A stretch of DNA of 64,000 bases from the human T2T-CHM13v2.0 reference genome, Homo sapiens, in NCBI RefSeq assembly GCF_009914755.1, contig NC_060927.1; one strand, given 5' to 3'. Position numbers and translations under genes: made by a program. This document shows, piece after piece, positions 40,334 to 54,576 of the stretch. Position 1 is the stretch's first letter, and each line of letters opens with the position of its first letter. Below the pieces are notes generated by a model. The model searched no databases and was not told where the DNA came from. It saw only the letters and a list, made by a program, of their open reading frames with translations.

Positions 40334-43300
40334 GATTGTGTTTAATGTTTTCTGTAGCTGTAGGTGCCAGAGGCTTCAAATTCGTCTAGTGTCCTTGCTT
40401 TGTCTCCACTCGTGACTTAGGGCTTTCATTATCCTCAGTCTCTGTTTTGCAGCTCCTTTAGCTGTATCCAGTGTTATTCTGGAGCCCCGATTGTGTGGCA
40501 CTAAGATGTATGGGAGGGAAAATGTTCTATAATCTTCCAATTAAATTAAATCTCAGTCCATTATTGAGTCTATGTTTCAAGTCTTTTACCTTCAGAAATA
40601 TTTCTCCAATAGTATAGCTTCCCCCGTCCCGCCCCCAGCACCAGTCTCCAACTCTTTTCCTAGCTGCAGTGTTCCCAATCTACTTCCTCAAACTCTGACT
40701 TCTATTCTCCCTCCCCATGCCCCAAGCCCCTTTACAGAAAACAAGAAGATTAAAGGGAGCTAGAGTTGGAGAAATGTACTTTCTCTTTCTGGGATAAGGC
40801 TCTGACAAAGTCTTTTCCCCGGGAGATCTCTGGGTGTATTTCACAATGATCTCCTGGCCCACCCCTGCCCTCTTCCCAGCCAGAGTCAGAGTCATCAGGG
40901 AATCTCTCTTAGATCTTCACCAGGAGAATCTGGTAGAGTCCCTGGAGGTAATGACCCTGAAAAATGTGCCCCACCTGGGCCCCAATACTATGTCTTCCAG
41001 GAGTTTCTGACCCTTAGGTTATTCCACACTCAGCTTCCAGCAATTCATTAAAATTACCTTTTAAGTGTTCCTAATGGCAGCTTCTATTTCAGGTAATTGG
41101 ATCTCAGCTGAGGATCTGTGGGTGCACCTGCCTTTCCAGATTTCAGGGTAGTGGTTTACTCTGCAAACTCAGCTGTATAGTGAGTCCAAGAAAAGTCATT
41201 GATTTTCAGTTTGTCCAGCTTCATTTTGTTGTAAGGGCAATAGCGACAACTTCTAAGCTCTTTACATGTTAGAGAGGAAACACAAAGTCTTGATTCCAGA
41301 CTTTTACAGTCCATTCCAAGAATCCTGGATTCATGTGGAAGAGGAATGGACACAGTTTCAGTCCTCCCTGCCTCATTATGTAAGTCCCAGTTCCTGTTCC
41401 TTTATGGGGTTAACACCCAAGCCCCTAGGTAATGGAAGCAGGCACCATTCTATCTCCACAGCTGGCACAGCATCATCTCATGCATTTTCTACTCTGGCTT
41501 CCAGTTTCCTTTTTGTTTTTGGCCTTTGGGAATTTTCTTTACTTTCTACTATTCTCAAATGAAAATGTATAAGGATGTGAATTTATGTTCTCTTGGCATT
41601 TCTTGGTAGATGGACAATTTTCAGATTATTTAGTCTGTAACATTGCTAAAACTAGCCTCTTACCAATTTTTCTATTCAAATATTTGGTGAGCTGGTGGGT
41701 GCTGTGACTCCTGAAATCCCACTGGCCCAGGCAAAGCCCTAGGCAGGGAATTGGGACTCCCTGGTACTGCTTGCTGTTCTGCCCCTGACTACCTGACTAC
41801 CGTGTCATGGTGCATGGAGAAGCCTCTCAGCACTGTCAAGTCCTGGGCCCAGTGGGAAAGCAGCAGTGCTATGGTATTCACAGCAGATTTGCCTGAGCCC
41901 AGTGGATGCTGTCTACCCAGCTTCTCCTGTGTGTGATCCTGATAATACTTATCTTCTTGAGTACCACAACTCTCCACTTCTGGGTTTCTTTGGAGTGTGG
42001 CTCTGTTGCACTTGCCTCCCTCATCCTAAGCAACACTGAGCAAGATTTTGACAGATTCAGATCAGCTTTTCCACCTCTTCCTCCCCCCTCTGCCTTATCC
42101 CAAGACTTCAGTTTATGACTTCTCCTCTAGAGAAGGGATTTTGCAAATCCCATCTCCTTCTTGGTGATATAGCTTGCTCTTTTTCAATATATAGCTTTGA
42201 CCCAGGGACATATTGCAGCCAAATCTGCATAATTACTTGGAAGAACTGGGATACCCAAGTGATCAGTCTTTGGGACTTAATTTGAGTAGGCACCCCAAGC
42301 CTTATGGGGGAGGGGAGGTGCATGTGAACAAGAATTAAAGGATTTTGTCAAATATTCTAGTTTAGTTCCTGAAAAAAGGAATGGATGAGCATGACTCAGC
42401 AACTCCCAAGAAAGAAACCCTATTGTGTTGGAGTGTAGAAGCCTTAGTATCTGAGTATTTAAGAGGAGCACTTTATTTTTAAGTATCTCCTTTTTCTTGA
42501 GATAAGAATATTAAAACCTTAATTTCTGGGCTTCAGGTCAAGCTCCCTTAACAAGCACTGTGGGTGGGATGTTTTCTGGTTCCTCTCAAGGAGCTGCTCA
42601 TCAAACAGTCTTTTGAAACTGAGCCAGCAGGTAGAGGCTGCAGAGAACAAGCTAAGGTCACCCATGCAAGAGGTTGGTTAATTCAATTATAAATCAAATT
42701 GCAAAAGGACAGCAATTTGCTGTAAGTTCTTGAGATGCTCATAATGTGGAATGCTTTTTCCCTTAGAAGGACTTAAGCTCACTGGCTTTAAATAAATCCT
42801 ACAAAACTCAAGTCCATAGGTGCATATTTCTGTGTAAACATTGTGGAGTAGTTAGTGATTAAAAGAGATGTAATCTCTTAGTAGGGAAAAGAGGAGGAAA
42901 TTAAAAAATGGTGCCATATCCCATGTAGGTTTACAATGGTGTTGATATAGGTGATCTTAATTCTCAGGCAGAAACTTTCAAGATTTCATCTATTATTAAC
43001 TGAGACACAGTCAAAGACCTTGCAAAAACGTTAAAACCCCCATTTTAGAACTAACAGGCTCCTCTATATTCCCTGTTTTCAGGGGCCCCTCAGGATTTCC
43101 CCCTTTATAGCTACCTTACTGGCTTTATTAGACCATATAATTCCTGGTTGTCATTTCAGCATCAGATGGACCTCACCTCCCTCAGGAATCTTTCCTGATT
43201 TCTTTCCCTACTCCTATTGCCCACTTCAAGGCCCCTGCTCTGGAGCTGCCACACTATCTCTCAGTGACTCACTATTATTTAAAATCTCATCCTTGAATGC

Positions 43301-43399
43301 CAGTCTCCTCTCAAGGCTGTGAGCTGCTACAGGGCTCTGTCTTCATTATTTTCTTCTGTCACTCAGTACCCAGCATATACAAAATTGTTTGGTTTATTT

Positions 43400-44365
43400 T
43401 TTAATGTAAAATTTTAAATTAACATTACCCAATGTAGAAAATTACACAAGTCATACATGTACAGCTCAGTTGATTTCTGACAGTAAACACACCCATGTAA
43501 CCAGCACTCTGGATCAAAGAATGGAACATTTGCAGAGCCCTGGAAGCACTCCTTATGTTTTCTTTCAATGCCTCTCACTTGCTCGAAGCTAACACCTATC
43601 TTGAGTCCTAATGCCATACATTCATTTTGCCTATTTTTGAGCTTTATGTAAATGGAATAATACAATTTTGCATCATTTTGTGTTTCCTTGTTTCATAAGC
43701 CATTATGTTTGTAAGATTCATCTAAGTATTTTTGGGTGTATGGCTGTAGTTTATTTTCCTAGCTTGATCACTTTCTATTGTATAAATACACCATAATTTA
43801 TCCAGTCAATTGTTCTTGGACCTCTAGGTTTTTAGTTTTGGACTATTATCAATAGTGTTAATAGTGTTGCTATAAACATTCTGACACATGTTGTTAAAAG
43901 ATAAATTTAGACACATTAAAATTTTGAAGGGTTTATTTGAGCAGACAACCATTCATGAATTGGGCAGCATCAGAACACAAGCAGTTGGGCTCTACTCACA
44001 GGACATGAGGGGGAAGCTTTTATAAGGTGTTCTTGGAAGCAACACCAAGAAAATATATTTGACTGGTTAAAGTGGAAAGTCCTTAGTTAGAGGTTAGTTT
44101 GGTGGTTTCTGATTAGTTAAGCTTAAGTTTCATTTTACTGTTTACATTGAGTTGGGCTTTTGCTTGCTTATGTAAAAGACCCAAGGCAGTCGAGCCAATT
44201 CAGCCTAAGGGCCTTCCATCAGTTTTTCTTAACAATGTATTTTGGTGCACATATATTTGCATTTCTAAGGCAAAAATTGATAAATAATAGGTTTCACATA
44301 TTTCCAACTTTCATAGAAATCACCAGTTTTCCAAAGTAGGTTGCACCAATTTTTATCCCTAGCAG
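43400..44365 (-). mobile_element. L1ME/MC-type 3' fragment split by MER93
   Basis: tgtacagctcagttgatttc ... cacccatgtaacc ... ttttgcctatttttgagctttatgtaaatggaat. Confidence 0.75.
43892..44234 (-). mobile_element. MER93-like ERV1 solo LTR
   Basis: TG...CA termini; reverse complement cccaactcaatgtaaacagtaaaatgaaaacttaagcttaactaatcagaaacc; perfect 4-bp TSD atgt. Confidence 0.8.
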
Positions 44366-45400
44366 TTCAACAAATGTGTTTTGAATAAATTAATTTCCTC
44401 CCTAAGCTTGACTCTTTAGGGTGACACAATCTCTATAGCTACCTTGAAAAGAAAAAGTCTTCTGTTCCTTCCTTCTTTTTAATTTTCTTCTTATATCTGT
44501 TAATAAGTGACTTAAACTAGGGCTAAATGGAAATGTCTATAAATGTTACATATGAGAAAATTCCCAAGTCATTGAAATAACCTATAATGTGGATATTTCC
44601 TTTCCTGTCTTTATTTTGTAATTGCTGAACACCATTCTGGGAACAATTAGCTTTGCTGAAATATCAGGTTGTGAATAATTCTGAAAGTATATTTAATTTT
44701 TCAGACAAATGTGAATAATATATATCTTCCTTTGTGGGATTACTTAGTCTCTCATCTTGCTGTAAACATATCCTAATCAAAAGTAATTGTGAATTTAAAC
44801 AGTGGAGACCAATTAAAGTGCAGTTACCATTCGTTATGTGAGTTCACCAGTGTAAATGCCCCTCTGTGAGGGGATTTTACTTTCATCCAGGCAGCCACAT
44901 TACATTATCTGATCTGAGCATCATCGTATCTCAGTGGGTGAGAATTGAGTCAAGGGGAAAAAACTGAGTGTTGCTAAGAGGTAAGGTAATTTATTCAGGA
45001 AACATCACTGTTCTCTGAGGATTGATATTTAACTGGCTTTCCTGCTTGAATGTCTATGTAATTTGCTGGAGGGCAGCTTACATTTGAGGATAGAATCAAC
45101 ACAGGATGGACTTTCTCAGTTCAGTACAATTTTACTTATTCATAGGGTATCATCTTTCATGCATATCAGGGGAACCAGTTGAGTAGCCTCCTGTGCTGGC
45201 CCTATGTTGGGACTTATCAAGTACAGTCACATGTTGCTTAAAGCTAAATGGTATGGCCTATTGGTCCTAGGCTACAAACCTGTATGGCATGTTACTGTAC
45301 TGAATACTATAGGCAACTAAAACACAATGGTAAGTATTTATGTCTGTAAACATATCTAAACATAGAAAAGGTGCAATAAAAATATGCTATAAAGATTTCA

Positions 45401-45705
<305 letters not shown>

Positions 45706-46289
45706 AAGATTGAAAGTGGTACACCTCTATAGGGCACTTACCATAAATGGAACTTGCAAGACTGGAAGTTGCTCTGGGTGAGTCAGTGAATGACTGATGA
45801 GTGAATGTGAAGGCCTAAGACGTGATTATACACTGCTGTACACTTTATCAGCACTATACACTTAGGCTACACTAAATTTATAATAAAAATTCTTTCTTCA
45901 ATAATAAAATGAGCTTACTCTAACTTCCTAACATTATAAACGTTTTAATTTTTTAAAACTTGACTCTTTTGTAATAACACAGCTTAAAGCATAAACACTT
46001 TGTACAGCTGCACAAATATATTTTCTTTATAGCCTTATTATGTAAGCTTTTTTCTATTTTTACATTTTTTACCTTTTAAACTTTTTTGTTAAAAACTGAG
46101 ACACAAACACACACACTAGCCTTGGCCTACACAGGGACAGGATCTTCAATATCATGGTCTTCCACCTCCACATCTTGTCCCACTGGAAGGTCTTCAGGGG
46201 CAGTAACACACACGGAGCTGTCATCTCCTATGATAACAATGCCTTCTTCTAGAATACCTGACATGCCTGAGGCTGTTTTACAGTAAGCA

Positions 46290-46587
<298 letters not shown>

Positions 46588-46611
46588 ACAGTTAACTTTT
46601 TTTAAATAAGT

Positions 46612-46792
46612 AGCTGGGCACAGTGGTGCCTGCCTGTCCCAGCTACTCAGAAAGCTGAGGCAGGAGGATTGCTTGAGCCCAGGAGTTCAAGGCTGTTGTT
46701 GGCTATGATCTTACCTGTGAATAGCCACTCCACTCCACCACAGCACTCCAGACAACATAGTGAGACCCCTTCTCTAAAAAACAACAAAAAAA
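46612..46792 (+). mobile_element. FRAM / AluJ right monomer
   Basis: agctgggcacagtggtgcc ... ggaggattgcttgagcccaggagttcaaggctg. Confidence 0.8.
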
Positions 46793-47323
46793 GCAAAAGT
46801 ACACTTTAAAGTAACAATAAAAAGTTTAGCACGGTAAATACATAAACCAGTAACATAGCTATTTATTATCCAGTATTATATACTGTACATAATTGTATGT
46901 GCTATTAGTACAGTAGGTTTGTTATAAACAAACGCCAGCATTACCACAAACACATGAGTACTGTGTTGCGCTATGACATTACAATGGCTACCACATCACT
47001 AGGTGATAGGAAATTTTCAGCTCCATTATAAACTTATAGGACCATCATTGTATACCATTGTTGACCAAAACATTTTTATTTGGTGCATGACTGTAATTGT
47101 GTTGCTACTACTATAACGGTAATGAGAAAAACCTGTTAGCCCTGCCTCATTTCACTGTCTCTGTAGCTCAGATCCACAGCCTTGCCTGAAAACCTAGTGA
47201 AAGTGGGACTGACAAAAGCTCATGATTTACTTTCAAAGATTAGAGAAAATGTAGTGGTTACATGTGAAGGTTTTAAATCATTGGGCTTTCTTTCCTGCCT
47301 CAAATGTCCTTAAAACATAGGTC

Positions 47324-47636
<313 letters not shown>

Positions 47637-48146
47637 TCAGGGGCAGGGCAATGGTGTGCCTTTGCCTACTGACATAAATAGCAAAATACTCCATTTCTGA
47701 ATTGTGGTCTCTAGCACAAGTAGTTCCTGTAAATGGTGAGATGCAAACTAAATTAAGCAGGCCAGAGAGTTTCATTGTCTTTAAATTGGATCTTTGTGGA
47801 TTAATAGAATTCAATTCAACTGACACTTATTAAAAAGGCACTGTGGAAGAGACAAATAAAAAATTTCTGACTCCATCAAACTTTTAATCTCATACTATAT
47901 TGACATGAAATAGGCACACTGATCCCTACTGGGTCTGTGCCTGTCTTCTCTGGGAAGTAAGGCTTTTCTACCCCCATGATAGGTCCAGTCAAAAGGACTT
48001 CAGGACCTATAATCATGGCCCCTTGGATTAAGACGTCCAGGTAAAGAGGAGATATCAAAGACTATCTTTTAGTCCCTAGGGAAAGTACCCTGATATGGAT
48101 AAATTTAAAGGTGATTTTCCCTTTCTGGACATAAGGTTGTCATTAG

Positions 48147-48704
48147 TGAAGCATCAGGAAAGAAAAGCTTTTTCTCTATTCTCTTAGGTTCAGAAACTGG
48201 GGGCCTAAATACTAAACTACCAAAAGACATGTTAATAGGAGAAAAAACACACAATTTGTATTAATATTTTATGTGTACAGGAGATAAAGAAAATAAGTAA
48301 AGCTCAGAGAAGTGGTTTGACCAGGAAACTTGTATTCCTTTCTTGACAAAAGAAAGAGAGTTTGGGCTTCAAGGGATGATAAACTGCGGGGAAGTGACTA
48401 GGAAATATATGGGGGGAACTGACAGAACATAAGAGCTATTTTAGTAAGGTCTGTTTATGCAAACTCATCTTGGTATTGACTCCCCATTTTTGATGACAAG
48501 ATTCCCTTTTCTCTTCCTGGTACAGGGTGGTGGGTGCAGGGTCAGGGTACCTTCCTCAATGGGAAATTTATGCCTTGTCCTTAGTCACATAAGGGAAGGG
48601 CAGAGAACTTGTCTAGCATCTGCTGATTCTCAGTTGTCTTCAGCTCAAAATAATCCTGATGCCAAAGAGGCTTCCTTTGAGAAAGCACATTCTGATTCCT
48701 TTCA
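48147..48704 (-). mobile_element. MER34-family ERV1 solo LTR
   Basis: Reverse complement starts tgaaaggaatcagaatgtgc ... ctttggcatcaggattattttgagctgaagacaactgag. Confidence 0.8.
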
Positions 48705-49579
48705 GAAGGAGGCACATTGGTGCCATGTGTGGAACTGTAGTGAGTAGCTTCCTGGTTCATCTCTGGGATACCTTGCCTTAAATCTTCCCTGGTGGCAGCA
48801 AAATAGAGAATGTGGAACCCTAAGAAGCACAGACTTTGGGACCATATGCAAACCTTCTCAGATGAGTGGGAGAAGGTCCTTTGAAGCCTAGCAGAGGGAA
48901 GAAGCAGCTCCAGAAACAGAAGGTAGGATTGGAGCAGTTGTCAACTGGTGCAAGGAGGTGCCAGAGATGGAGTCACTAGGAACAGCAGAGCCTGGAGATG
49001 ATCTGAACATCAGATCAGAAGACACCCTGCTGGACCAGGCCTCCAAAATTCCCAAAGATAGTGGAAGGAGATTAGGAGGTGGTTGTTGTTGTTTTTTCAT
49101 GAGAACATTTTCTCAGAACGAGAAAGAGGGAAATTTAATACAGTTGAAACCCCTGGAAAGCTGGGTGAAGATTTAAGCCAGGTAATGTATGAAGCAAGAT
49201 CCAACCTCGGATTTATATCAGCAACTGGATCCTTAGAAACTGGGTCAGATATAATGATATGACATAATATAACCATGTCCTTCCATGGGTATTCAGAAAC
49301 TGAAAGCGATCTTTCCTTTAACTGGGGCAATGAAGATGGGAAGAAAAGGTGATCATTCCATGTAACGTGACTACTCAACAGGCAAATTCCTCATCAAGTT
49401 CCTTCTGATATTGGGTAGAATGGAAGGAGATGGTGAAAATGTGTAGCTGATTCTCAAATGACAAAATGTGAAGACAGAGAATAGTCATGATTACTACTGG
49501 TTGCTTTTTTCCTCCCTTCTCACATCTCTAAGACCAAAGAAATGATCACTTGATCAGACTATTTGGGTAGAAAAGGAAA

Positions 49580-49770
49580 AATATCTGAGGGTTTGAATTA
49601 GAAGACCTAGGCTGAAGAATATTCTGGCTAGGCCATTTATTAATTATATGACTTGGGGCAATACATTCAACCCTTTTGATTTTAGAGAAAATAATATCTA
49701 TCTCACACACCAATTGAAACAAAGAGTTTATGTGAAGGTGCTTTGTACTAAAGTTGCAAAATGCATACAA
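49580..49770 (+). mobile_element. MIR fragment
   Basis: agaagacctagg ... tatgacttggggcaat ... atgtgaaggtgctttgta. Confidence 0.6.
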
Positions 49771-49824
49771 ATAAAAGTAAGATAGTATATGAACAATTCA
49801 AACTAAAAAATACAATGATGCTAT

Positions 49825-50478
49825 AAAAAAGACATAGTAAGTGTCGGTGAGGATGTAGAGAAGCTGAAATACTTACACACTGCTGATGGGAGTGTAAATA
49901 TTATAGCCACTTCAGAAGACAGTCTGGCAGTTTCTGAAAATGTTAAATATAGATTTACCATTTGATCCAGCAATTCCACTCCTAGGTATATGCCCAAGAG
50001 AAATAAACACATATGTCCACACAAAAGCTTGTACATGCATGAATAACACAACAGCATTATTCACAATAATAAAAGGTGAAAACAGCCCAAATGTCCATCA
50101 ACTGATGCATGAATACACAGAAGCAGTACATCTGTACAATGGAATATTGCTTAGAAATAAAAAGGAATAAAGTACTGATACCTGCTACAACACGAACAAA
50201 CCTTGAAAACGTTATGCTAAGTGAAAGAAGCCAGTCACAAAAGATCACATATTGTATGATTCCATTTACATGTAATGTCTAGAATAGAAGAATTTAGAGA
50301 GACAGAAAGTAGGTTAGTGGTTGCCTGGGGCTGGGAGCTGGGTGGGGAGAAATGAAGAGTGACTGGTAATGGATATGGGGTTTATTTTGGGGGGGAATAT
50401 AAATGTTCTGAAATTGACTCTGGTGATGGCTGCAAAACTCTGTGAATATATTACAAGCCCCTTAATTGTACACATAAA
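49825..50478 (+). mobile_element. L1MB-type 3' fragment
   Basis: ORF2 C-terminal remnant [12 protein letters not shown]; atgctaagtgaaagaagccagtcacaaaag; agagacagaaagtagg. Confidence 0.88.
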
Positions 50479-51529
50479 GAAACTTCAGTGAATTCTAATT
50501 TCCTCTGTGAGCAAAACCAGTGCAACACTAAATTTATCAGCAAGAAAAAGAGAATTCAAAATAATATACTTAAATAGACATATTTGGGTATATTTTGTAC
50601 TGTTTTCATATTGATAAATTTTTGATTTCTGTATTTATATAGACATGAGATTTGTGGGACTGAGAGATTGTTAGTTACTCACAGTAACAATCTCCTCAGC
50701 TGCCCTTTTTCCCAATGCTTCCCTTTGGAGTGATGTGAACAGAGCTGGAGGCCACTCTACATGTAATGGGGTTGGTACTGTCGTGAGGAAGCCCCAAAAA
50801 TATGAACCTGGGAGCGTGTATAAAATTTCCCCTTCTGAGGATGAGAAGCAAACTGAATCTACCTAATGTAAACAAATTCTCCTTGAGAAAAAAAGGAGGA
50901 TTCTGGGTTGCTGCTCTTTGAAATATAAATACATGTCTCCATGAGGAAAGAAGACACAACCGTCTCTGAGTTTACAACCTCTGGAATGTCTCAAAGGCTT
51001 TGGGTCTCATCCCCCACTTGAAATGAAAACACAAACCTCCTGGAAGGAAAATCTCTTACCATCTAGTCAGTCATCATTTCACTTCCAAGACCTGTCTTTC
51101 AACCGGGTCCCAGTAAAATTTGCTCGGAAAGCTCAGCTCTAACCGTGCGGAAATATACAAGTATTCACTTTCTGACACACATTGGAAACATCGCTTTTAC
51201 TCAAATACTTGTTTAAAAGGAACATCGATAGTGTATTCTTCTTTCTAAATCAAAGTATCATTTTGAAAAACATTTGTCTATTTAGATCAGAGTCAGAGAT
51301 CCCAATATATATATTATGTTATATATATATTATATTTTGTGGGAAATTTATGAATTTGTAAATCATCTTGATGTCTTCATTTATTCATTTGCCGTTCCTG
51401 TAACTTTCACTCTACCTCACAGGGCTGAGGGGCCGTATATTTAGTATTCAGTGCTCCTGAAAATAGGCATCTGACTAGTATGTAATAAAATACCCTCAGT
51501 CCTCTAATAACTGAAAGTTGAGATTGCCT

Positions 51530-52118
51530 TTCATGGCAGATTGTGTTTTCCAGAACTGCAATAATATTTCCTGTCCCACATTCTCCTCCAGAACCTGGCC
51601 ACATCTGCATCAAGAAGCAGAGCCTACTCCCCCTCTTTTTGAACCTACCTGGGCCTTTGTGTTTGTCTTGACAGTTAGAGTATGGTGGAAGTGATGCTTT
51701 GAGACTTCGGAGGCTGGAGAATGAATGGTAATACAGCTTCAGCCAGGCTCTCTCTCACTTAGGAAACGAGCCTTTGGAGCCCTGGGCCATCCGTAAGATG
51801 TTCAGCTACGCTGCTGTTGCTATGCTGAAGAGACCACACAGAGACAAAGAAGCATTCCTAGGGTCCCTAGAAGTTCCAAATTCCAGCTGTTTGAGTGGTC
51901 CCAGCCCACATGCCAGCCACGTGAGCATCAAGCATTCAGAATATTTGAGTGTCAACCATTGTCTGACAGCAAGTGTGTGAGACACTCTGAGTGAATACCG
52001 CCTAACTGAGCTCAGGCAACTTCCCAAACTTGTGGGAGTTCATAATAAAATGATTGGTGGTATTTTACACCACCAAGTTTGGGAGTGGTTTGTTATGGGG
52101 CAATAGGCAACCAAAACA
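51530..52118 (+). mobile_element. MLT1G/H-type MaLR solo LTR
   Basis: tggcagattgtgttttcc ... aagtttgggagtggtttgttatggggcaataggcaaccaaaaca. Confidence 0.75.
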
Positions 52119-53189
52119 CTCTTTGATTGTTAAACTAGCAAAAGCAATCCATGAAAGGATGAGATTATCTGTAGAAGTAACATCAGATGATATCTATTAA
52201 GTGTGCATTGGAGGAGACTTGGGAACACCAAATTCAATAAAGGCAAAATCTCAGGAAGGAAGGAACAGAAGTGACTGTCATCATGAAAGCTGATTCTCTC
52301 AATGGTAATGTACCAGATCTGCAGAAAGACTAAAGAGTGAGGAACATGAAATCTACATAAAAGAGAGTTACCAACAAGATTATATTGGTTTCTATACCAC
52401 ATTGTTTAATAAAGAAAGACATTGAATCTGGTGAATTATGGGAACAGGAATGATTTGTGGAACTTTTACTATGACCTGGGTTGTGTGTCCTCTAACACTA
52501 ACTTCTCTTCCTTATTCTGACCCCCTGCCCACTGAGGAAGCTGATTAATGCTCGGCTCCCCCTTTAAACCTGCCCACAAGGAAAAAATGTGATGATCACA
52601 TCAGCGCACAGTACTGTGGTGACCCAAGTGGCAGTTATCATTCTGTTGAGTGACACATTGTACATCGGGTTTATACATCAGTGCCTTCTAAGATTCGTTA
52701 ACGTAAATCAGTCTCCTATAACGTTATCATCTCAGAGTGCATTGATAAAAATTGATTTTCTAGATGTGCACATCTGACAGGTGGAAAAGCAGCCTGATAA
52801 CTCCTGAAAGGCTTTGTCACTCTGGCATCTGAGGTGGTATCACACACAGCCCTAATTATTCAGCTTACATCTGTTTAACAGAATTGCTATTTGTAATGAT
52901 TATTACTGTTTAGCAACATTGTACACAAGACATTTTACTTGATTAAATTAAAATATTGAATTTATAGAATCAACGAAAGTTTTGGACCCTTACATTGACT
53001 AGATCCTAATCTTGGTTCTATAATAAATGAAACTATTTCTAATTTATTTTTGTTTTTCTATACTTTTGTCACCTTAGTCAATGGTAACAACAACAACAAC
53101 TAACATTAATGTCACTGAGTGCTAGGCACACTGTTCATGAGGATGTTTTTAAAATGTTTAATCAATATATAATGATATCATCAGTGATT

Positions 53190-53855
53190 TTTTAAAATGT
53201 CAGGTTTTTAAGGTATAATTTACGTGGAGTAAAATGCACCCTTTTAAAGTGTACAGTTCTATGAGTTTTGATGAATATGTGCCATCATGTAACTAGTACC
53301 CAATCAAAATACAGAATATTTTCATCACTCCGAAAAGTTTACTTGTACCCCTTTGTGGTCAGTCTCCTACCTCCACCCCTAGACTCTGGCAACACTGAAC
53401 TGTTTTTGGTCCTTCTAGTTTTACCTTTTCCAGAATGCCATATAAGTAGAATCCTAAAATATGTAACCTTTGAGCCTGGCTTCTTTCACTGAGCAAGATG
53501 CTTTTGAAGTTCATTGATGTTGTTGTGTCTATTGGTTGTTTGTTCGTTTTTATTGCTGAGAGGTATTCCATAGTATAGCTACATCACATTTTGCTTGGTC
53601 ATTCAACAGTTGATGAACATTTGGGTTATTTCCAGTTCTTGGCAATAATAAATAAAACTGCTAAAAAATTGTGTACAGGTTTTTGGGTGGCATATGCCTT
53701 CATTTCTCTCGGGTAAATACTCCCAAGAGAAATGGGTAAATACTCCTAAATATTTACCCAAGAGAAATGGGTAAATATTTACCCATTTCCTAAGTATTTA
53801 CCCAAAGAGAAATGGGTATTTACCCAAGAAAAATGAATTGTCAGGCTGTGTGACA
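53190..53855 (-). mobile_element. L1MB/ME-type 3' fragment
   Basis: ttttaaagtgtacagttctatgagttttga ... ccttttccagaatgccatata ... gaacatttgggttatttccagt. Confidence 0.85.
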
Positions 53856-53864
53856 AAGCTTGAA

Positions 53865-53900
53865 ATCTATCTATCATCTCTGTCATCTATCTATCTATCC

Positions 53901-53955
<55 letters not shown>

Positions 53956-53979
53956 ATCATCTATCTATCATCATCATCT
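53865..53979. repeat. (ATCT)n / GATA tetranucleotide STR, compound
   Basis: About 13 uninterrupted ATCT units at 53901-53955, flanked by variant units. Confidence 0.97.
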
Positions 53980-54221
<242 letters not shown>

Positions 54222-54257
54222 TAGGTATGCCTAAAATTACATGGCTAGTGCAGATAA

Positions 54258-54576
<319 letters not shown>

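Noticed and set aside
53703-53832. Possible CRISPR-like or retron-like repeat array
   Set aside because: No constant repeat with unique spacers and no associated genes; eukaryotic context and derived from the local L1 sequence.
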